DNA from: an uncultured Acidobacteriota bacterium
Lineage (GTDB): Bacteria; Acidobacteriota; Thermoanaerobaculia; Gp7-AA8
Assembly (NCBI GenBank): GCA_963741955.1
Contig: CAVUKB010000004.1
Location: 416,001 to 480,000, forward strand
DNA length: 64,000 nucleotides
Direction of reading: 5' to 3'
Part shown: piece after piece, positions 57,439-64,000 of the stretch
Layout: each line of letters opens with the position of its first letter
Numbering within the stretch: position 1 is the stretch's first letter
Notes under the pieces: model-generated
The model's database searches: none
The model's input: the letters and a program-made list of their open reading frames with translations, nothing else
Told to the model about the DNA's origin: nothing
Translations under genes and position numbers: made by a program

Positions 57439-59895
57439 TCACGTATCCAGCACGGCGACGGTCGCGCCGTCGCCTCCTTCGCGCTCGTTGCCGGGACGGA
57501 AGGAACGGACGCCGGGATGCGATCGGAGCTGCTCCCGCAGCGCCTTCCGAAGTGTTCCGGTTCCGAAGCCATGGATCAATCGGACCGCGCCGCGTCCCTC
57601 CAGAAGAGAGCGGTCGAGGAACCGATCGGATTCCTCCAGAGCGTCCTCCACCCTCTTGCCGATCAGATTCAGCTCGGCGCTCACCGAAGGCTCGGAGAGT
57701 GGCTCGTCCGATCCGCTCTTCTTTTTCGGGACAGCCGCACGTTTCGCGGCTTCCTTCTTTCCGGCGTTCTGTACCGAGAGAAGATCGTTCCGTTCGACCT
57801 GGATCTTCTTTCCGCCGACTGCAAGGGTGACCCTGTCGCCGTCGATGGCGTCAATCCGCCCCTTGATTCCGAAGTGCCGGTGCTCGACCTCCTGGCCGAT
57901 CTCGATCTGCCCGAGCGGCTCTGCGCGAAACTCCGCCGGCTCGCTCTCTTCGACGATGGTCTCCGCGATCCTGCGCGCGCTCGCGTGCTCGCGCTCCTCG
58001 CGATCGGCCTCGCGCAGCCGGCGCAGCTCGCGGGTGATCCGCGCCGAGACGTCGCTCTTGAACTGCTCCATCTCGCTCCGCATCGCGCGCGCGATGCGGC
58101 TACGCTCCTCATCGAGCTTCGCCCGCTCGGCGGCGTTCTCTTCGAGTCGTTTCGAGAGCTCGTCCCGGTCATGCCGGATCCGTTCTTCAGTGACCACCAC
58201 CTCGGACATCTTCCGTTGAAGCTCCGACACGAGGGCGTCGAGCTCTCCGTAACGCTCACCCAGTCGCGCGCGCGCCGATTCCACGACCGCTCGCGGGAGG
58301 CCCATCATCTGCGCGATGTCGATCGCCCGGCTCCGCCCCGGCACGCCGGGGATGAGCCTGTAAGTCGGACGTCCCGTCGCACCGTCGAACTCCATCGCCG
58401 CGTTCGCGACGTGCACGTCCCCGACTGCGAAGCTCTTCAATGCCGAAAGATGTGTGGTCACGATGGTGAGACATCCGACCCCCACCAGGTGCTCGATCAC
58501 TGCGGCCGCCAGCGCGGAGCCTTCTTCCGGATCCGTTCCGCCGCCCAACTCGTCGAGGAGGACGAGCGAGCGTTCCGTCGCGCGCTCCAGGACGTGCCGC
58601 AGCCGGACCAGGTACGCCGAGAACGTCGACAGGTGTTCGAGGACGTCCTGATCGTCGCCGATCAGAACGAACGAAGAGTCGACGACCGGGACGATCGAAC
58701 CTTCGGCCGCCGGAACGGGGAAACCGGCGGCGGCCATCGCGGTGAGGAGGCCTGCGGTCTTGAGCGCGACGGTCTTCCCTCCCGCGTTCGGACCGGTGAC
58801 CACGAGAGCGCGCTGTTCGGAGAGGACCTCAATGGTCAGCGGCACGACGCTGCTCGCATCGCGCTCACCGAACGCCGTCTCGCGCATCGAGGCGATCCGT
58901 TCGTCGATCAGAGGGTGCCGTGCGTCGATGAGCTTCATCCGCCGCTCGGTGGTGAAGGACGGACGGTTCGCTTCGAGGTGCCGGTGCATCACCGCGCAGG
59001 CCTGAATCCCGTCGAGAATGCCCGCTCCCTCGATCGAGGCGAGGATCTGCGGGGATGCCGCGATCAGGTTCTGCGCGATGTGCCGCGTGATACGCGCGAT
59101 CTCTTCCCGTTCCTGGATCAGCAGCTCCGCCAGATCGTTGTTCGTCTCCACGACCGCCATCGGCTCGATGAAGACCGAAGCGCCCGAGCCGGAGCGTTCA
59201 TGCAGAATTCCCGGAATTTCGCTTCGCCGTTCGGTGCGGACCGGGATGCAGTAGCGGTCGTTACGAAGTGTGACGATCGGATCCTGGATCGCCTCGGCGT
59301 GGCGATTCATCAGATCGCTCAGCGTTTTCTGGATTGCACTCCGCTTCGCATGGATTCGGCTGCGGATCGAGCGGAGCTGCGGCGAAGCGTCGTCCCGGAG
59401 TTTGCCTTCGCGACTGAAAAACTTCCCGATGTTCGAGATCACCGGACCGAGATCTTCGATTCCTTCCGCGATCGGAATCAGATGGGGGAGCGGCGTCGTG
59501 AGCCGGAGGATGGCTTCCCGCACTGCCTGGGTTCCTCGCATCGCGCGGAGCACGATCCACGACTCAGGGATCTCGAGAGGCGCCGATCCGGTCAGCAGAG
59601 CCTCGACGTCCGTCACTCCCGCCAGGGGGAGATATCCTTCCCCGGAGATGAAACGGATCATCTCGCTCAATTCGGCCTGGCGCCGTTCACACTCTTCGAG
59701 CGTCCGTGCCGGCGTGCGGGCGAGAACGGCCCGGCGGCCCGGCTCGCTCTTCGCTTCGAGAGCGACGAGGCGAGCCACACGATCGAATTCGAGAGATTGC
59801 AGCGAAGATGCGGTCCGTCCCGGCGGTTTCGGGCCCTCGGAGCTCACGTCTGCCGAAACCAGGGGACGACTGGTTTCCTTCCTTCGAGGAGCCAC
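57439..59895 (-). CDS. mutS2: MutS2 (ATPase, coiled coil, KOW, Smr)
   Basis: SLEFDRV, SGSGASVFIEP, TGPNAGGKT, LSTFS, LDELGGGTDPEEG and IHGFGTG motifs. Start uncertain. Confidence 0.93.
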   Translation of the reverse strand: MAPRRKETSRPLVSADVSSEGPKPPGRTASSLQSLEFDRVARLVALEAKSEPGRRAVLARTPARTLEECERRQAELSEMIRFISGEGYLPLAGVTDVEALLTGSAPLEIPESWIVLRAMRGTQAVREAILRLTTPLPHLIPIAEGIEDLGPVISNIGKFFSREGKLRDDASPQLRSIRSRIHAKRSAIQKTLSDLMNRHAEAIQDPIVTLRNDRYCIPVRTERRSEIPGILHERSGSGASVFIEPMAVVETNNDLAELLIQEREEIARITRHIAQNLIAASPQILASIEGAGILDGIQACAVMHRHLEANRPSFTTERRMKLIDARHPLIDERIASMRETAFGERDASSVVPLTIEVLSEQRALVVTGPNAGGKTVALKTAGLLTAMAAAGFPVPAAEGSIVPVVDSSFVLIGDDQDVLEHLSTFSAYLVRLRHVLERATERSLVLLDELGGGTDPEEGSALAAAVIEHLVGVGCLTIVTTHLSALKSFAVGDVHVANAAMEFDGATGRPTYRLIPGVPGRSRAIDIAQMMGLPRAVVESARARLGERYGELDALVSELQRKMSEVVVTEERIRHDRDELSKRLEENAAERAKLDEERSRIARAMRSEMEQFKSDVSARITRELRRLREADREEREHASARRIAETIVEESEPAEFRAEPLGQIEIGQEVEHRHFGIKGRIDAIDGDRVTLAVGGKKIQVERNDLLSVQNAGKKEAAKRAAVPKKKSGSDEPLSEPSVSAELNLIGKRVEDALEESDRFLDRSLLEGRGAVRLIHGFGTGTLRKALREQLRSHPGVRSFRPGNEREGGDGATVAVLDT

Positions 59896-59900
59896 ACGAC

Positions 59901-59933
59901 AAAGAAAGAGAGGAGCCTTGCGGCTCCTCTCTT
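59901..59933 (-). terminator. terminator-like hairpin between rpsU and mutS2
   Basis: AAGAGAGGAGCC/GGCTCCTCTCTT 12-bp stem with a T-rich 3' side on the minus strand. Confidence 0.7.
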
Positions 59934-59956
59934 CAACGGTTCTTTTTTGAGACGGA

Positions 59957-60163
59957 TCAATATCCGGTGCGACGTTCCTCGGCCAGCTTACGGAGGACCT
60001 TCTTACGAGCTGCGATCGCTTTCCGCTTCCGCTTCTCGCTCGGCTTCTCGTAGTGCTGCCGTTTCTTCAGCTCCGACAGAATGCCGGATTTCTCGCACTT
60101 CCGTTTGAAGCGCCGTAGCGCATTCTCGAATGATTCGTCTTCTTTGACGACGACGAGAGGCAA
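59957..60163 (-). CDS. rpsU: 30S ribosomal protein bS21
   Basis: [15 protein letters not shown] and HYEKPS motifs; TTG start. Confidence 0.96.
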   Translation of the reverse strand: MPLVVVKEDESFENALRRFKRKCEKSGILSELKKRQHYEKPSEKRKRKAIAARKKVLRKLAEERRTGY

Positions 60164-60221
60164 TTCCCATCCCCCCCTTCTGTGTGGCGCTGGACCTCTC
60201 GAACCACCATGACTCCAGGTG

Positions 60222-60251
60222 ATTCTATTGAACGGTCGGGGCGGTGGTCAA
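60222..60251 (-). promoter_or_regulatory. sigma70 promoter of the rpsU operon
   Basis: TTGACC, 18-bp spacer, TAGAAT on the minus strand. Confidence 0.65.
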
Positions 60252-60492
60252 TCGAGTTGAAGCCCGAGCTGACCGCCGGCTCATCCCTCAACCGGTGGCG
60301 TTACCGCGAGATTCCCAGCGGTCGATTATTGGTTCAAGACTCTCTGCAGGCGAGACTTACGCGCCTGAATCTCCCGCGGGCGCTCCTGTCGGAGGAAAAA
60401 GGACGGATGCAGATTTTCGAGCTTACCGGCTCCTCGATTCCGAATCCGGTGGGTGATCAGGGCGTCAGGACCGTCGTCCTCGAGTCCGGTGG

Positions 60493-61113
60493 TCAGGCGG
60501 CGAGGAGATGCTCGACCCGGGAGATGATCGCGTCGAGAGCGACCTGATTCTCGCCTCCTTCGGGGATGATCAGATCCGCGTACCTCTTCGACGGTTCGAC
60601 GAATTCTTCGTGCATCGGTCTGACGGTGCGGAGGTATTGGTCGATCACGGATGCGACGGAGCGTCCGCGGGATTCGATGTCCCGCCGAAGCCGCCGGAGG
60701 AACCGGATGTCAGGTGGAGTGTCGACATAGAGCTTGATGTCGATGCGACGCCGGATCTCCGGTTCCGCCAGCACCAGAATGCCTTCGACGATGATCACCT
60801 TGCGCGGGCGAACGAGGCGCGTCTCGGGACAGCGGCTGTGCATGCTGAAGTCGTAGATGGGGACTTCGATCGGTTCACCCGTCATCAGCCGGTCGAGATG
60901 GCGGACCAGGAGCTCGGTCTCCAGCGAGTCGGGATGATCGAAGTTGATCTGGTGTTTCGCCTCCGGGTCGAGACCGGTGAAGTCGCGGTAATAGGAGTCG
61001 TGCGAGACCCATTCGATGCGGTCCCGGCCGACGCGGTCATAGATCGCCTGCGCGACAGTGGTCTTGCCGGAGCCGGTTCCTCCGGCGATGCCGATGATGA
61101 CGGGGCTGCTCAT
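60493..61113 (-). CDS. udk: uridine kinase
   Basis: GIAGGTGSGKTT, DSYY, NFDHPDS, VEGIL and FVEPSKRYAD motifs. Confidence 0.95.
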   Translation of the reverse strand: MSSPVIIGIAGGTGSGKTTVAQAIYDRVGRDRIEWVSHDSYYRDFTGLDPEAKHQINFDHPDSLETELLVRHLDRLMTGEPIEVPIYDFSMHSRCPETRLVRPRKVIIVEGILVLAEPEIRRRIDIKLYVDTPPDIRFLRRLRRDIESRGRSVASVIDQYLRTVRPMHEEFVEPSKRYADLIIPEGGENQVALDAIISRVEHLLAA

Positions 61114-61126
61114 GGGGGGAGGATTG

Positions 61127-61285
61127 TTACTCCTGTTCGTCGAGCTCCGTCTCGGTCATGAACTCCGACGGGTCGTCATTGCCGCAGGTGGTGCAGATTG
61201 CGGAGGTGATCTTTCCATCCTCCCATTCGAACACGTAAGTGGGCGTGTCGCACGAGAGACAGATCAGATACTCGGGCTCGCTCAT
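61127..61285 (-). CDS. 52-aa CxxC..CxxC zinc-ribbon-like microprotein
   Basis: Manual translation MSEPEYLICLSCDTPTYVFEWEDGKITSAICTTCGNDDPSEFMTETELDEQE. GC3-rich codons; co-oriented with neighbours. Confidence 0.75.
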   Translation of the reverse strand: MSEPEYLICLSCDTPTYVFEWEDGKITSAICTTCGNDDPSEFMTETELDEQE

Positions 61286-61336
61286 TCCGGGAGAAGGATA
61301 TCTCCGGGCGACGGCGAATTCCAGACGTTTCCGGCA

Positions 61337-62107
61337 TTACGGAAACGTGGAAGCCGGCGAGGGGCCGACGAATACGGCGTCATTCGAACCGTTACGGATC
61401 ACCGAACCATAGAAGGAGCACGCCGGGTTGGATGCGACGGCGGCGACGGAGAAGCCCGACCCCTCCGAGACGAGAGGGAAGAAAAACTGGAGTGGTGCCT
61501 GGATGAGAGATTGTGGGCCGAGGCGAAACGTCGTTTCGGCGAGCACCCGTCCCTCGACGCGCTGGAGGATGAGCGAGACCACCGCCTCCTCCTCGCCGAG
61601 GTTCGCCACGCCGATGTTGGTGCGATGAGTCTCGTCGATGAGAAGCCCCGACACGCGCTGAGGAACCTGCATCGGTTCGTCATAGACGATCGCGAGATCC
61701 TCCGCCGTGCCCGGCCCGTTCGCATCGACCGGGTACGCGGTCGCGCGGACGCTCACCGGAATGTTGCCGGTGTTTCGGATCTCGAGAGGAGAGAGCCTCC
61801 CCGGACTTCCGAACGTCTCGGTGGCAATGTTGGTGTAGGTGATCACCTGTCCCGGCTGCATGGAGATGAACGTGACCGGCTGTTCGGGAGCTGCGACCAT
61901 GGTCAGCACGACGATGGTGTCGCGGCCGGTGTAGTTCGCGACCGTGACGTCGGTGCGCCACTGGATTCCCCCGGGGCCCGGGACCGTACCGATCACCGGG
62001 ACCCATGTCCTGCTCACCGCGCCGTCTCCGCCCAGCTCGATCTGTGCGGATCCCGTCTGTGCGACGAGTGCCAGAGCCAGCAGGAGGAGAAGGGCTCTGA
62101 ATCGCAT
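61337..62107 (-). CDS. secreted protein consisting of one copy of the C-terminal module of the 1400-aa protein
   Basis: Signal peptide MRFRALLLLLALALVA; WVPVIG...WRTDVTVAN, HRTNIGVAN and FYGSVIRNGSNDAVFV motifs. Confidence 0.78.
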   Translation of the reverse strand: MRFRALLLLLALALVAQTGSAQIELGGDGAVSRTWVPVIGTVPGPGGIQWRTDVTVANYTGRDTIVVLTMVAAPEQPVTFISMQPGQVITYTNIATETFGSPGRLSPLEIRNTGNIPVSVRATAYPVDANGPGTAEDLAIVYDEPMQVPQRVSGLLIDETHRTNIGVANLGEEEAVVSLILQRVEGRVLAETTFRLGPQSLIQAPLQFFFPLVSEGSGFSVAAVASNPACSFYGSVIRNGSNDAVFVGPSPASTFP

Positions 62108-62211
62108 CGCAGTCGATTGTAGGAAGCCGCGGCGCAACCGGCAACCGATCGGTTCCATTCTCACGTCTGGTTCGACGGGCGCGGCAGCTCCGGGGTTCCC
62201 GAATGAGTCGA

Positions 62212-63084
62212 TCAGACGAATCGCGGATTGAGCAGTCGCCCCGCCACCACCGAGATCTTCGCCGGAAACGACAGCGCCACGCGACGGTGGAGCGGAGCGA
62301 ATGGATTACGGCGGATCCGGCGGAGGACGGTGGAGTAGACACTCCCCATCAGGAGTGTCGGGAAGCGCGAATCGAACGAGAGCTCCTCGAGGAGCGGCTC
62401 GGCGGCTCGGAAGTATTGCTCGGCGCGATCGACCTGAAAGAGGATCAGTTGCCTCACGTTCTCGGTTTCGCGCCGCTGCACCAGATCCGACTCGGTCACC
62501 TCGAATCTCTCCATTTCGTCGGCGGGAACGTAGATGCGATCGCGCTCGAGATCGTCGCCGATGTCACGGGTCACATTCGTGAGCTGGAGAGCGGTGGAGA
62601 GATTGCGGCCGTACCGGGGAGCCTGGCCGGTGCGATGGCCGAAGATGGAGAGCGAGATGTCGGAGATGGACGAGGCAACCAGATCGCAGTAGTGGAGCAG
62701 TTCGTCGAACGTCTGGTAGCGGCTCTTGGTCATGTCCTGCCGGCAACCCTCGATCAATGCACGAAACGCGCTCTTCGGGATCGCGAAGTGCTGGAGGGCA
62801 TCCGCAAGGGCGATGGTGATCGCGTGCCGCGGCTGCTGGGCGTAGCAGGAATCGAGCTCGCGCTCCCACGCATCGAGGCGAGATGCGATGTCCGTTCCGG
62901 GATCGTCCGCGATGTCGTCCGCCCATCGGCAGAAGGCATACGCGGCGTACACCGCACGCCGCTTCACCGTGGGGAGGAAACGGAATCCGACCGAGAAGTT
63001 CGCTCCGTGCTTGTGGGTGATCGCCCTGCAGAGAGCATAAGCGTCGCTCGAGCTCATCGGACCCTTCGAAACAGCGCCGCTCAC
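62212..63084 (-). CDS. squalene/phytoene synthase family protein (HpnD/CrtB-like)
   Basis: YAFCRWADDIADD and LQLTNVTRDIGDD..RIYVP motifs; GTGA overlap with the upstream gene. Confidence 0.9.
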   Translation of the reverse strand: MSGAVSKGPMSSSDAYALCRAITHKHGANFSVGFRFLPTVKRRAVYAAYAFCRWADDIADDPGTDIASRLDAWERELDSCYAQQPRHAITIALADALQHFAIPKSAFRALIEGCRQDMTKSRYQTFDELLHYCDLVASSISDISLSIFGHRTGQAPRYGRNLSTALQLTNVTRDIGDDLERDRIYVPADEMERFEVTESDLVQRRETENVRQLILFQVDRAEQYFRAAEPLLEELSFDSRFPTLLMGSVYSTVLRRIRRNPFAPLHRRVALSFPAKISVVAGRLLNPRFV

Positions 63085-64000
63085 GATCGCTCCTCCGCGG
63101 GTCCGAGCGGCGGGGTCTTCATCTCCGTGTCACGGGCGCGGCACCAGTGCTCACCCGGTTTGTGCTGGCAGCGTCCCTTCTGCTTCCAGAGTCGCTCGAC
63201 GAGGGGGAGAAGTGGTCGCTTCCACCAGCTGTACCGGTGCCATCCCGCGAGGTAGCGCCGGAAGTCCTTCGCGCCGCCTGCCTGCCGGATGAAGAGCGAC
63301 AGTCCGGCGTTCCCTCCGCTCTCGTAGAGGAAACGATTGACCAGGCCGGTCTTCTGTCTCGCGCCGATCTCGGCCATCCAGAGCTCGTCGTAGCTGCGGT
63401 TCTCGAGAATGCTCCTCGCGGCGAGATGGCCGGTGGTGATGGCGTATCGGATTCCGAGGCCGAACAGATAGTCCTGAAATCCGCCGGCCTCGCCGACGTA
63501 TCTCGAACCATTCTTCGAAGCGTGCTCTTTGAGGTGAAAGTTCATGTACGAATAGCCGGTGCGGAGCTCGCGCCCATGATCGAACGGACGAATCGCCTCC
63601 GCCGCAGCGAGTGCCCGCTCGAAATATCCGTCGATATTGCGGAAGTCGGAGACGATCGCGCAACCGAACGTTCCGACGCCATCGAGGATGAAGAGATACG
63701 AGTATCCCCCCGGAGAGACGCGGTGATCGAAGTAGACTTCGACCCGTTCCGCTTCGCTCGAGACGAACGTGATCTCACGGGCCAGCCCGTCCGGAGTGGC
63801 CGGACCGGTGGCGACGATCGCAGCCTCGTCGGGCGCGAGACGGCTGCCGAAGCGGACGTCGACCCCGAGGGCGAGAGCCTGCGCGAGGAGCCCACGGTCG
63901 AGCGAACCTTCGATCGGTCCCCGCCGGATGAAATATCCGTACGGCACGCTGCTGCGAATCGCGCGTGAGCGGCCGCGGTGATCGTAAAACCTCGCCTCGG
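63081..64000 (-). CDS. FAD-dependent oxidoreductase, geranylgeranyl reductase-like (partial, 5' end outside window)
   Basis: PGGYSYLF and VGEAGGFQDYLFGLGIRYAI..G.LAA motifs; frame stays open to the window edge. Confidence 0.8.
   Translation of the reverse strand, partial: EARFYDHRGRSRAIRSSVPYGYFIRRGPIEGSLDRGLLAQALALGVDVRFGSRLAPDEAAIVATGPATPDGLAREITFVSSEAERVEVYFDHRVSPGGYSYLFILDGVGTFGCAIVSDFRNIDGYFERALAAAEAIRPFDHGRELRTGYSYMNFHLKEHASKNGSRYVGEAGGFQDYLFGLGIRYAITTGHLAARSILENRSYDELWMAEIGARQKTGLVNRFLYESGGNAGLSLFIRQAGGAKDFRRYLAGWHRYSWWKRPLLPLVERLWKQKGRCQHKPGEHWCRARDTEMKTPPLGPAEERS

Overview
GC-rich bacterial chromosomal window. Gene content suggests Acidobacteriota, probably Thermoanaerobaculia-like (inference, not a database result). 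From left to right: a partial SurA-like gene; a CIRCE-controlled hrcA-grpE-dnaK-dnaJ-prmA heat-shock operon; five small accessory genes and a tricorn-like S41 protease; an 8-copy tandem array of a ~219-bp multi-hairpin REP/REPIN-like unit; a 1400-aa secreted Cys-rich Fn3-like repeat protein; two excisionase-HTH/PTS-EIIA fusion regulators heading a six-gene hydrogenase-4-like (Ehr) membrane complex whose large subunit lacks the NiFe-binding motifs; a flavin amine oxidase flanked by composite 88-bp repeats; ychF, a LysE exporter, threonine synthase, an orphan extended MglA GTPase, a stand-alone Smr protein and nadA; two divergent Ser/Thr kinases, one a ~1760-aa kinase-STAND-TPR-GAF-sigma54 activator; an SCP2/ADH/ALDH operon; a MITE; an acyl-CoA dehydrogenase; tRNA-Leu(UAA); a candidate ~350-nt sRNA; rpsU-mutS2-dnaG-rpoD; udk; a 52-aa zinc-ribbon ORF missing from the ORF track; and squalene/phytoene synthase and flavin reductase genes. 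The best candidate for an under-described system is the HTH-EIIA pair plus Ehr complex with its 10-bp-phased TG(TC) array directly upstream of the promoter. No CRISPR array, rRNA, transposase or prophage was seen.
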